Part shown: in pieces, positions 19,843 through 28,496 of the stretch
Layout of the letters: every line of letters begins with the position of its first letter
Position numbering within the stretch: the first letter of the stretch is position 1
Assembly: GCA_963700635.1 (NCBI GenBank)
Contig: CAVOYH010000003.1
Coordinates: 992,001 to 1,056,000, forward strand
Direction of reading: 5' to 3'
Source of the DNA: an uncultured Bacteroidota bacterium
Lineage (GTDB): Bacteria; Bacteroidota; Ignavibacteria; UBA10030; UBA6906
Length of the DNA: 64,000 nt
The notes under the pieces: generated by a model
Told to the model about the DNA's origin: nothing
Database searches by the model: none
The model's input: the letters and a program-made list of their open reading frames with translations, nothing else
Made by a program: the position numbers and the translations under genes

Positions 19843-20327
19843 CGTTTTCCCCCCAGCGAGCGGAGTCCGGAGAGGCCGAGTGCAATAGCGCCGACGGCGG
19901 TTCCCATGATCGGTGTTGGCACGGCGGCCAGCACGCCCAGTGCGGCAGCAACGCCGATGGCTTTGCCGGCTTTGTCTTTCTTCATGAACTTCTGTATGAA
20001 GAATGTGGGAAGAAATACGGCGAGGAAACATGCCGGGATCGTGACGATCCAGGCAAACGCAGCCATGTCGGGTAAGGTCCAGAGTGCATCGATGACAATA
20101 AGAAGGAGCGCAGAGAGAGGATGGATCAGGGGCTGATCGTTGGGTGCGCCGTGCTTCAGGTCTCCGGCCACCGGCCCTTCGGCCCCTGGCCGTCCGTCGA
20201 CGGATTCTCCGGCGACGGATCTATCGGCCTCCGGCCGTTCGGCCTCTGGCCGTTCGGCCTCTGGCCGTCCGGCTACCGGATGTTCCTGCTCAGAGCTTTT
20301 CGACGGGGTAGTCGGCGAGGATGTCAA
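19839..20327 (-). CDS. Hypothetical membrane protein with N-terminal pentapeptide repeats
   Basis: 3-4 hydrophobic segments, VPTPI motif; start uncertain. Confidence 0.7.
   Translation of the reverse strand: MTSSPTTPSKSSEQEHPVAGRPEAERPEAERPEADRSVAGESVDGRPGAEGPVAGDLKHGAPNDQPLIHPLSALLLIVIDALWTLPDMAAFAWIVTIPACFLAVFLPTFFIQKFMKKDKAGKAIGVAAALGVLAAVPTPIMGTAVGAIALGLSGLRSLGGKR
20163..20282 (-). repeat. Eight degenerate 15-bp tandem repeats (RPEAE-like)
   Basis: CGGCCAGAGGCCGAA twice exact plus six variants. Confidence 0.75.
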
Positions 20328-21297
20328 GAATCGCCTCGATGGTTTTGGGTGAATTTCCTTCCGCCCTGTTGTTCACATAGGCGTACAGTTTCTTGTCTTC
20401 CTTCACACAGCGTAAGACCGTCTCTGCAAGCGCGCGTCTGAGTTCGGGGAGCTGTTCCTGAATCCGGTCGTAGGGCTGAAACCGGTCCACGGCATCCTGA
20501 TACTTCCGGCCCGGTTTGAGAAGAGCCCGGACTGCTGTAAACGGAGCAGGAAGAACCCCCGGCACTTCAAGTTGTTCGGAGAGCTCAGGCATACGCGTCC
20601 AGCTGTTGAGCACGTGTGCAACACCATGCGTGTGCAGCATTGCCAGGTATTCCGCCGTCAGGAACTCGGCATTCCGTATCTCCACCGCATAGAGGCGCTG
20701 TTTCGGGAGTTTCGCCAGAAACGTGTCAAGTAATGATACAAAATCGGGAAACGTAATGCCCGACGATGGATAGAACGTCGAGAATTCGAAGATGATCACG
20801 CCGCATTTCTTGTGTAGTTCTTCAAGCGGACGGAGAAACGCATCTTCAAAAAGTGAGGGGTTCAGGAAATCCGGATTTTCCTGGCCCGCATTGGCGCCGT
20901 GCCGGGGGAGGTTGGGATACCGTTTTATGGTGATCCGGTCCGTGACTTTAAACGAAACGGAGAAGTGATCGGGCGTCTGATCAAAGATCGCCTTCATCCG
21001 GAGGGGTTGAGGGAAATCGTAGAGGGCGAAGTCGGCGCAGACCGTCGGGAAGACCGTTGCATACTCCGCAAGGCACTCCTGTTCGAAGTCACGTTTGGAG
21101 GAATACGGTCGTGTATAGACCATCCCTTTCCAACCGGGGTATTTCCAGGACGACGTGCCGAAGAAGATCCCGCGCGCGGCCCATTGCCGGAGTCTCTGCG
21201 CATTCACTGCGACATACGAGTCGGCGGCGGGGATCGGTTTCTCCTCCGCAAAAAGGGGCAACGTGGTGCCCGAAGCTTTTTTCCGTGCCTTCGCCAC
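20290..21297 (-). CDS. DUF72 (UPF0759) domain protein
   Basis: GTSSWKYPGW, YAVEIRN, YAYVNNRAEG. Confidence 0.88.
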   Translation of the reverse strand: MAKARKKASGTTLPLFAEEKPIPAADSYVAVNAQRLRQWAARGIFFGTSSWKYPGWKGMVYTRPYSSKRDFEQECLAEYATVFPTVCADFALYDFPQPLRMKAIFDQTPDHFSVSFKVTDRITIKRYPNLPRHGANAGQENPDFLNPSLFEDAFLRPLEELHKKCGVIIFEFSTFYPSSGITFPDFVSLLDTFLAKLPKQRLYAVEIRNAEFLTAEYLAMLHTHGVAHVLNSWTRMPELSEQLEVPGVLPAPFTAVRALLKPGRKYQDAVDRFQPYDRIQEQLPELRRALAETVLRCVKEDKKLYAYVNNRAEGNSPKTIEAILDILADYPVEKL

Positions 21298-21314
21298 TCC
21301 CCGCCTCGGTGTGA

Positions 21315-22073
21315 TTATCCTGTCCGGATGCCGGCCAGAACCGCGACCACGGTCCAGACGACCCAGAGCGCAAATACAATCACCAGTACTTTGGGGAGAT
21401 CCCGCTGAAAGATGCGGGAAAGGCCGATGCTGACCACGGACAGATCCCAGAAGGTGAAGATGTTCACCTTTGCAAGGGCCATGTGCACTTTATTCTGAAA
21501 ATCAAAATTGGAAACAAACGCACCGAGACTTGGCGTTGCGGTGATCGAATCCATCATATACATCAGCAGCGTGGTGACGATACTTTCCGCGATGCTTATG
21601 AAGAACGTCAACCCGAGCACCTCGACCACCTTGATGTACGGTGCGGTGCCTTTCATCCCCCATTTCCCCAGGAGCCAGTAGATCAACGAAAGGACGAAGA
21701 GCACGATGGGGGTCAGAATAACAATACCCAGGACCTGCTGGATCATAAACATGCTTGATCCCGGTTTGGAAAAACTTGCAGCCTGGTCGGCCTGTTCCGG
21801 CGTGAGTTTTCCCTCTGCGACCATCTCATCAATTCCGGCGCGCATCATGTCGCTCATCTGGCCCAGGAGGGAAGGATTCATGAACATCACCTGACCCATC
21901 AGGAAGGCGACGACCATAAACAGCAGCATGGGAATCACCCAGTTGCTGGCCGTTGGCGGTGTGACACGCACGTCTTCAAAAAGCTCGCCCGGGGAGGCGA
22001 AGATATTGATCATTTTGTCGGTGAACGACATCGGGCTTTCCGGCTCCGTGGTGACGGGGGTTTGCTCGTCCAT
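21315..22073 (-). CDS. Yip1-family membrane protein
   Basis: IFASPGELF start, five hydrophobic helices, NIFTFW. Confidence 0.8.
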   Translation of the reverse strand: MDEQTPVTTEPESPMSFTDKMINIFASPGELFEDVRVTPPTASNWVIPMLLFMVVAFLMGQVMFMNPSLLGQMSDMMRAGIDEMVAEGKLTPEQADQAASFSKPGSSMFMIQQVLGIVILTPIVLFVLSLIYWLLGKWGMKGTAPYIKVVEVLGLTFFISIAESIVTTLLMYMMDSITATPSLGAFVSNFDFQNKVHMALAKVNIFTFWDLSVVSIGLSRIFQRDLPKVLVIVFALWVVWTVVAVLAGIRTG

Positions 22074-22148
22074 GGGAGATCCTTTTGCGAATGGTGGGGG
22101 AATCCACGGGAAAGATAGGGAATGGAAAGACGAGAAGCAACGGGCGAC

Positions 22149-22200
22149 ACGACATTTTTGTTACTTGTGTATTGACAAGACGACATAAATGTCGTATCCT
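22149..22200 (+). promoter_or_regulatory. sigma70 promoter of the PolB2 cassette with palindromic operator(s)
   Basis: TTGACA (22172-77)-N17-TATCCT (22195-200); ACGACAT-AA-ATGTCGT at 22180-22195; degenerate copy ACGACAT-TT-TTGTTAC at 22149-22164. Confidence 0.8.
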
Positions 22201-22226
22201 GGAGTGAACAGAATCCGGACGCCATT

Positions 22227-22838
22227 ATGGTATCGACAGGTCTTATTGAACAGTTCCGTGCCGCGCCACCCGGGAAATTGTACGGAGTGCACGGCGACAG
22301 CAGTGTCTTCCGGCTTTCCCTTGTGGCTGCCGGACACGCCCTGGTGCAGGGTGTACCGGTGACGCTGGTGGACGGGAGTAACCGGTTTGATCTGTACGGT
22401 CTGGCGGAGTTTGCCCGCCGGACTGCAGGCGGACGGTGTACGCCGGAGGAGCTTCTGCGGAACATCTTTGTCTCCCGCGCATTCACCTGTTACCAGATGG
22501 AAGCCGTCATCACCGACCGCCTGCCGGCATTTGTCCGGGCCAAACAATCGCCGGTGGTGTTGATCTTCGGATTATTGGATACGTTTTATGACGAACAGGC
22601 CTCGTTGTGGGATGTGCAGTCGGGCGTGCAACGTATGACGCAGGCGTTACAGTGTCTGAAGGAGGAAGGGGTATCGATACTGGTGGCCTCCATGGATGTT
22701 GGACCGGTACCGCCGGCGCGGCGGAATTTGTTGCCCGCGGTGATGAAGGGGATGGACAGGGTGTTTTCGCCCGGTGAACAGCATGCGGCGGCGGGGAAGC
22801 AGCGGGCGGTCGGCAGAAGATCTCCACGCCGGCGGTAG
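22227..22838 (+). CDS. Inactivated RadA/RecA-like protein (iRadA, PolB2-associated)
   Basis: LVDGSNRFDLY and LLRNIFVSRAFTCYQ RadA-like motifs; Walker A degenerate (HGDSSVFRLS). Confidence 0.8.
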   Translation: MVSTGLIEQFRAAPPGKLYGVHGDSSVFRLSLVAAGHALVQGVPVTLVDGSNRFDLYGLAEFARRTAGGRCTPEELLRNIFVSRAFTCYQMEAVITDRLPAFVRAKQSPVVLIFGLLDTFYDEQASLWDVQSGVQRMTQALQCLKEEGVSILVASMDVGPVPPARRNLLPAVMKGMDRVFSPGEQHAAAGKQRAVGRRSPRRR

Positions 22839-22878
22839 CGGAGAAATACTGTGTGTCGTAATCAGATGAGGGAAACCC

Positions 22879-23172
22879 ATGGGACGTACGGTGCCGACAT
22901 TTACCATGGTTCTGCAGCAGGAAATGGTCAGCTGGTCCAAATTCCGCCGCGGACTGCGTAAAGAAGATCAGGACGCGCTGGACGAGCTGTTCCGTGCCGC
23001 GCGGCTGCAGCTGGCCGGCAGCGCGTATGCCGCCCGGCCGATTCCGTTTGAAAGTATCGTCATGGCCATGCTTGTAGCCCAACAGCGGCGGATAACTGTC
23101 CTCGAAGGGATTGTGCACAAACCGGCCGACGTGAATAATTCCCATGCCCCTGCCATCCGGAGTACGCCGTAA
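22879..23172 (+). CDS. arCOG07300-like small helical protein associated with PolB2
   Basis: MGRTVPTF...WSKFRRGLRKEDQDALDELF...RPIPFESIVMAML; SD GAGG. Confidence 0.85.
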   Translation: MGRTVPTFTMVLQQEMVSWSKFRRGLRKEDQDALDELFRAARLQLAGSAYAARPIPFESIVMAMLVAQQRRITVLEGIVHKPADVNNSHAPAIRSTP

Positions 23173-23189
23173 GGCGTTACGAGGAAATC

Positions 23190-25559
23190 GTGCTGACCGC
23201 CTGGCTCTTTGACCTGTATCCTTCCCCCGAGGGGATCACGCTCTGGTTTATTGATGAAGAAGGGCGGAAACACCGGGCATTCGACCGGTTTGTGCCGTCA
23301 TTGTACCTGCATCTCAACGAACGGGACATTGATCGTGTTGCCGCACTGTTGCGGGCCTTCCCGTTCCCCATCACACTCCGCCGTGACACGCGGCGGGAAC
23401 TCTACAGCAACACCGACTGGAACGTGTTGCAGGTCTCCGTCGGCAGCACGCTCTATTTTAAGAGTGTTGTGCATCGCCTGGAGCGTCACCTCCCCCACTT
23501 TGCCTTCTTTAACTCGGACATACCGGTGCAGCAGCTGTATCTGTATGAAACCGGACTCTTCCCGCTGGCCTTCGGCGAGTACACGTTCGATGAGGAAAAT
23601 CGTTTACGCGGCTGGACACTTCTTGACACATCCGACGCGATCGAGTACACGCTCCCTCCGCTGGTGATGCTCACGCTAAAAAACCGCCCGGATGTTGTCT
23701 CTCCGAAGTTCCGGAAAACTCTTCAGCTCGAAGTGAGTTATGAAGGAACGACCTATGCCCTGGAGGGGAGTGATCCGGCGGACGTCTTACAATCGCTGGA
23801 CCGGCACATACAACGCTGTGATCCGGATGTCATCCTCACCGAATACGGCGACGCCGTTCTGTTGCCCATGCTCACGAAGTTAGCCGGCGAACACCAGGTG
23901 CCGTTATCGCTTAACCGCGACACCACGAGCGGATACATCACAACCCGTGCGACAAGCTATTTTGCATACGGGAAGATCGTTCACAAAGACGGAGCGTTTG
24001 AGCTGGCCGGGCGCTGGCATCTGGACACCGAGAATTCATTTATGATGGGGGAAGCGAGTCTGGATGGGGTGGCGGAGATCGCGCGGCTCACGCAGTTGCC
24101 CGTGCAGCATCAATCGCGGGCCACCATCGGCACCGCGTTGTCCAGCATGCAGCTCTCGTGGGCGCACCGTCACGGGTATCTGATACCGGCGCATAAACGT
24201 GAGCCGGAGGATTTTAAGTCGGCGGAAATACTGTTACTGGCCGACCGCGGCGGATTGATATTCCAGCCGGAGCTGGGGTATCACGAACAGGTCGCCGAAC
24301 TGGATTTTGTTTCCATGTATCCCACCATCATGGTCACGCACAACGTCTCTCCGGAAACGGTGAACTGCCGCTGCTGCAGGAACGAAGCTGTGCCGGAGCT
24401 GGGGTACACCATCTGTGAAAAGCGGGAGGGGATTGTGGCGGCCACATTACGGACGGTCGTGCACAAGCGGGGTATGTACAAGAAAGAGAAAAAGCGGTTA
24501 AAAGTGTTGAAGGATGAAGGGTGGAAGTTGTATGACCGGCGTCAAAACGCGCTCAAATGGATGCTGGTTACCTGCTTCGGATATCTCGGGTACAAGAATG
24601 CCCGGTTCGGGCGGATCGAAGCGCACGAGTCGGTGAACGCCTTTTCGCGTGACGCCATTCTGCGCGCCAAGGAGATTGCCGAAGGGCACGGGTTTCATTT
24701 TATCCACGCCATTGTGGATTGTATGTGGCTTAAACGTCCGGGAGCGACCGAAGCCGACTACGAAGCTCTTGCGCGGGAGGTGAGTGAAAGTGTAGGGATA
24801 GACATTTCGCTTGAAGGGATATACAACTGGGTCCTGTATCCGCCGTCCAAGATGGACCCGCGTTTACCCACGGCGAACCGGTATGTAGGGTGGTACACCA
24901 ACAACGAAATCAAGATCCGGGGGATAGAGATACGGCGGCGGGATACGCCGGTCTTTATCAAACGGCTGCAGGGGGAGATGTTGAAAATCCTGGGCGAAGG
25001 GAAAACGGTGGAAGAGTTGCGGGCGTTGTTGCCGGCGGTGTTGTTGAAGGCAAGGGAGGGGATCGACCTGTTACGCTCCGGCAAAGCCGATCCGCTGGAG
25101 CTGGTTGTGCGGCGGCATCTCTCGAAGGAGGCGGACGAGTACACGAACCGGAGTGCCAACGCAATCGTGGCGCAGGCGCTGGAGGAAGCCGGTGTACATC
25201 TGGCTCCCGGGGAGACGGTGGAGTACATCATCATCGATGCCACCGGCAAGCGGAATCCGGAGAAAGCCAAGGCCGTGGCATTGTATTCGCTTGACGACGG
25301 GTATGACATCGGAAAGTACACCGAGATGGCGTTAAAGGCGGTTGAAACGTTATTGTTTCCGTTCGGGTACGATGTGGAGCGGTTAACGGAGATGTGGTGC
25401 CCGGTGGTGAAAAAGGGGAAAAAAGAAGCCGTTGCGCGTGTAGCGGAGCAGGGGGAGTTGTTTGTTGCGGGAACTGTCGTTCACAATCATACGTTCTCCC
25501 CTGTATGTTCATCCGCGGGGGAGATTAATCATCAACCAAAGAGGAGAGAATCAGCATGA
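23190..25559 (+). CDS. polB2: Family B DNA polymerase, PolB2 group
   Basis: Motif A DFVSMYP; motif B KWMLVTCFGYLG; motif C HAIVDC instead of YGDTDS; RYVG and KIRGIE; degenerate exonuclease domain. Confidence 0.88.
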   Translation: MLTAWLFDLYPSPEGITLWFIDEEGRKHRAFDRFVPSLYLHLNERDIDRVAALLRAFPFPITLRRDTRRELYSNTDWNVLQVSVGSTLYFKSVVHRLERHLPHFAFFNSDIPVQQLYLYETGLFPLAFGEYTFDEENRLRGWTLLDTSDAIEYTLPPLVMLTLKNRPDVVSPKFRKTLQLEVSYEGTTYALEGSDPADVLQSLDRHIQRCDPDVILTEYGDAVLLPMLTKLAGEHQVPLSLNRDTTSGYITTRATSYFAYGKIVHKDGAFELAGRWHLDTENSFMMGEASLDGVAEIARLTQLPVQHQSRATIGTALSSMQLSWAHRHGYLIPAHKREPEDFKSAEILLLADRGGLIFQPELGYHEQVAELDFVSMYPTIMVTHNVSPETVNCRCCRNEAVPELGYTICEKREGIVAATLRTVVHKRGMYKKEKKRLKVLKDEGWKLYDRRQNALKWMLVTCFGYLGYKNARFGRIEAHESVNAFSRDAILRAKEIAEGHGFHFIHAIVDCMWLKRPGATEADYEALAREVSESVGIDISLEGIYNWVLYPPSKMDPRLPTANRYVGWYTNNEIKIRGIEIRRRDTPVFIKRLQGEMLKILGEGKTVEELRALLPAVLLKAREGIDLLRSGKADPLELVVRRHLSKEADEYTNRSANAIVAQALEEAGVHLAPGETVEYIIIDATGKRNPEKAKAVALYSLDDGYDIGKYTEMALKAVETLLFPFGYDVERLTEMWCPVVKKGKKEAVARVAEQGELFVAGTVVHNHTFSPVCSSAGEINHQPKRRESA

Positions 25560-26182
25560 AACAGCGATTTGCGGTGAGTATCGTTTTTGCAGCGGTGGTA
25601 ATGCTTGCGGGGAGCCCATTGGTTGCCCAGGAAAAGGCGGCAGATCATCACCCCCCGACTCAGGCGCAGATGGATGAAATGACGAAAAAGTGGCAGGAGG
25701 CAATGACGCCCGGGGCGCCTCACAAGCTGCTTGAAAGTATGGCGGGTGACTGGGCCAGCGAAACGAAGGTCTGGATGGAAGGTCCGGATGCGCCCCCCAT
25801 GGTCACGAAAGGGAGCTCCACCATGAAAATGGTGCTGGGGGGAAGATTCCTGCTGCAGGACATGGACGGGGAGATGATGGGGATGCCCATGAAGGGGATA
25901 GGATACACCGGTTACGACAACTTCAAGAAGAAATTTGTCGGTTTCTGGATTGACGATGCCGGGACTGGGATGTACACGATGGAGGGGGTTGCGAACGGCG
26001 ACAACACGGTGTTAACGTTTATGGGCACGATGGACGACGTGATGACCGGTGAGAAGAACAAGCCGGTCAAATACGTCACCCGGATCCTCGGCAAAGACAA
26101 ACACATCTTCGAGATCCACGACATGACGAAAAAAGGGAAGGACACGAAGGTGATGGAAGCAGTATATGAGAGGAAGAAGTGA
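25556..26182 (+). CDS. DUF1579 family exported protein
   Basis: Signal peptide; MTPGAPHKLL..MAGDW, LGGRFL, GYDNFKKKFVGFWID. Confidence 0.85.
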   Translation: MKQRFAVSIVFAAVVMLAGSPLVAQEKAADHHPPTQAQMDEMTKKWQEAMTPGAPHKLLESMAGDWASETKVWMEGPDAPPMVTKGSSTMKMVLGGRFLLQDMDGEMMGMPMKGIGYTGYDNFKKKFVGFWIDDAGTGMYTMEGVANGDNTVLTFMGTMDDVMTGEKNKPVKYVTRILGKDKHIFEIHDMTKKGKDTKVMEAVYERKK

Positions 26183-26234
26183 CGGAGGGGGTTTCTGCGC
26201 TGCGGATCACATTCTCGAAGTCAATCAGTAATGA

Positions 26235-26270
26235 ACGTGCGGCGCCCGATAGGGCGCCGCGTGTGTTTTT
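26235..26270 (+). terminator. Intrinsic terminator
   Basis: GCGGCGCCC-GATA-GGGCGCCGC stem followed by GTGTGTTTTT. Confidence 0.8.
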
Positions 26271-26328
26271 GCTGGAAAAAAACGTTAACAGTACATCTCA
26301 CAGAATACCACAGACACTCTTCACTCTG

Positions 26329-26357
26329 TTGACTAAGGGCGCAGGGTCATGTATATT
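26329..26357 (+). promoter_or_regulatory. sigma70 promoter of the NYN gene
   Basis: TTGACT-N17-TATATT. Confidence 0.75.
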
Positions 26358-26363
26358 CTTACG

Positions 26364-26445
26364 CATACCCAAAAAACAGAGACGGCTCCAGGATCACTCC
26401 AGGAGCCGTCGGACCGGCGCTACTAACGCCGGTGCTGTAACGCTT
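26364..26445 (+). ncRNA. Candidate structured leader or small RNA upstream of the NYN nuclease
   Basis: A-rich 5' end; hairpin GACGGCTCC/GGAGCCGTC (26381-26410); hairpin ACCGGCG-CTACTAA-CGCCGGT (26413-26433). Confidence 0.5.
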
Positions 26446-26465
26446 CACCTACAATATATTATCGA

Positions 26466-27107
26466 ATGACCCCAAAGTCAAGCACACGTACCACACGCAA
26501 ACGAGTTGTCGCCTATATCGACGGCTTTAATCTCTATTTCGGCCTGAAATCCGCCGGATGGAGGAGGTTCTACTGGCTGAATGTCCAGCTTCTGGCCCGA
26601 CACCTTGTCAAAGCCGGCCAGGATCTGGTCTTTACCAAGTATTTTACAAGCCGTGTGCCTTTCCCCGCCGACAAAGAGCGGAGACAATCCACGTTCCTGG
26701 AGGCGCTGGAAACCCTGAGCGACCTTCGTATCTACTACGGACACTACCAGAATAACCTGCAGCGGTGCCACAAATGTGGCCACAAAGTTTGGATTCCCAA
26801 CGAAAAAATGACGGATGTGAATATTGCCGTGGAGATGATGTCAGACGCGTATCAGAACCGCTTTGACGTGGCACTCCTGATTTCCGCTGACAGCGATCTC
26901 TCCGCGCCCGTGCTGGCAATCAAGGATCTCTTTCCGGAAAAACGTGTCATTGTCGCATTTCCGCCCCAGCGCCACTCCGCCCAGCTCCAACGATTGGCGC
27001 ACGGCTATCTCCAGATCGGACGGGCAAGCATGGCCCAGAGCCTCTTCCCGGACAAGGTGCCCAAGCCCGATGGTTTCGTCCTGAAAAGACCAGCAGAATG
27101 GAGGTAG
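26466..27107 (+). CDS. NYN (LabA/DUF88, PIN-like) domain ribonuclease with CxxC insert
   Basis: YIDGFNLY, CHKC, EKMTDVNIA, LISADSDL. Confidence 0.9.
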   Translation: MTPKSSTRTTRKRVVAYIDGFNLYFGLKSAGWRRFYWLNVQLLARHLVKAGQDLVFTKYFTSRVPFPADKERRQSTFLEALETLSDLRIYYGHYQNNLQRCHKCGHKVWIPNEKMTDVNIAVEMMSDAYQNRFDVALLISADSDLSAPVLAIKDLFPEKRVIVAFPPQRHSAQLQRLAHGYLQIGRASMAQSLFPDKVPKPDGFVLKRPAEWR

Positions 27108-27205
27108 GATCTCCGATACAGATTTTTCCCTTCTCAGTATTCCGGTGGTAGATCTGAATTGATTTCGCGTGGAATCCGCTCACAAATCATCAGGAGGACC
27201 ATCGT

Positions 27206-27625
27206 ATGGATAAGCATCTGAATCTTGTCGGCATCTTGAATATCGTCTATCGAAGTCTCCTCCTCTTTGCGGCCTTCTTCCTCCTTCTGCTTGCCGCAAC
27301 ATTCGGCAACATCTTCGAATGGCTGATCCGCATACGCGCCATATCACCCCATGATATTCCGTTCGAATTGTTGGACATCGTGCCGGTAATCCTCGCCGCC
27401 GTGGCCACGATCATGCTTGTCGTTTCCATCGCGGCAATTGTCGGGTCCATCGGTGTGCTGAAGAAGAAAGAGTGGGGGAGGATTCTCCTCATTGTGATCT
27501 CATTCCTCAACCTGATGCGGATCCCCTTTGGCACCGCCCTGGGAATCTACAGCATCTGGGTGCTGATGAACGATGAAACCATCAAGGCGTTCAAACATCC
27601 TCCGGCACCGGGGTCTTCAACCTGA
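27206..27625 (+). CDS. Hypothetical membrane protein
   Basis: SD AGGAGG; WGRIL and IPFGTALGIYSIWVL hydrophobic helices. Confidence 0.8.
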   Translation: MDKHLNLVGILNIVYRSLLLFAAFFLLLLAATFGNIFEWLIRIRAISPHDIPFELLDIVPVILAAVATIMLVVSIAAIVGSIGVLKKKEWGRILLIVISFLNLMRIPFGTALGIYSIWVLMNDETIKAFKHPPAPGSST

Positions 27626-27779
27626 ACTGCCGGCAGTAGCGTGCACCTGCGAAGGGACACTGTCATCCGGTCGGGAGCGATAGTGCGGGGCGCACGCCAC
27701 AGCAGCGTGCCCATAGTGCAGAGTGTCATACATCGTTGAAGGGTAAATCGAATTCCAACACACCCAACAGGAGGATCAG

Positions 27780-28496
27780 ATGAAACTGACAGCGATACTC
27801 AGTGCGGTCGTTGCGGTCATTCTTGGTGTGACGACCTGGTACTTTTCGCAATCGGCTTCGCAATTGGAAAAGGAAAGGGACGGTCTAAAAGATGCGGCAG
27901 AGGAATTGCAGGTGCGTGTGACAAACCTTGATCAGGAAAAGGCCACTCTCACGAATCGCCTCGAAGAACAAGTCGCAAATATCTCCAAAGCAAAACAACA
28001 GGAGATTGAGCAGCTTAAGGCCACGTATGATACGTTGATGGCAGACATGAAGGCGGAGGTCGAACAGGGACAGGTGACGATCACCAAGCTCGCGGACCGG
28101 CTTTCCGTCAGCATGGTGGACCGTATACTCTTTCCCTCGGGTGAGGCCGAGATCAGCACTGCCGGACTCAAGGTGCTTCAGCGTGTGGGCAATGTGCTCA
28201 AGAACGCAGAGAAGAAAGTCATCCGGGTTGAAGGGCACACTGACAACATTCCGATCAGCGGCAAGCTGGCTGACAGGTTCCCCACAAACTGGGAACTCTC
28301 GACGGCACGCGCTTCAAACGTCGTGCGTTTCCTTCAGGAGAAAGTAACGATTGACCCCGCGCGGCTGGAAGCCGTAGGGTTGTCCGAGTTTCATCCGGTC
28401 GCGGGAAATAAGACACCACAGGGCCGCAGCCAGAACCGGCGTATAGAGATCGCACTCCTACCGGATCTGCGGGAGTTGCCAAAGGTGGAAAAATGA
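27780..28496 (+). CDS. OmpA/MotB-family peptidoglycan-binding protein with coiled coil
   Basis: ILFPSG, VEGHTDN, NWELSTARA, NRRIEI. Confidence 0.88.
   Translation: MKLTAILSAVVAVILGVTTWYFSQSASQLEKERDGLKDAAEELQVRVTNLDQEKATLTNRLEEQVANISKAKQQEIEQLKATYDTLMADMKAEVEQGQVTITKLADRLSVSMVDRILFPSGEAEISTAGLKVLQRVGNVLKNAEKKVIRVEGHTDNIPISGKLADRFPTNWELSTARASNVVRFLQEKVTIDPARLEAVGLSEFHPVAGNKTPQGRSQNRRIEIALLPDLRELPKVEK

Noticed and set aside
25458-25493. PolB tail LFVAGTVVHN resembles an intein C-terminal block
   Set aside because: The next residue is His rather than Cys/Ser/Thr, there is no N-terminal intein block, and the polymerase has no insertion
26179-26469. 96-aa ORF between DUF1579 and NYN
   Set aside because: Spans a terminator, a promoter and hairpins; no protein-like features
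27780-28496. MotB-like gene as part of a Zorya or flagellar stator system
   Set aside because: No MotA/ZorA partner adjacent and no Asp in the TM segment
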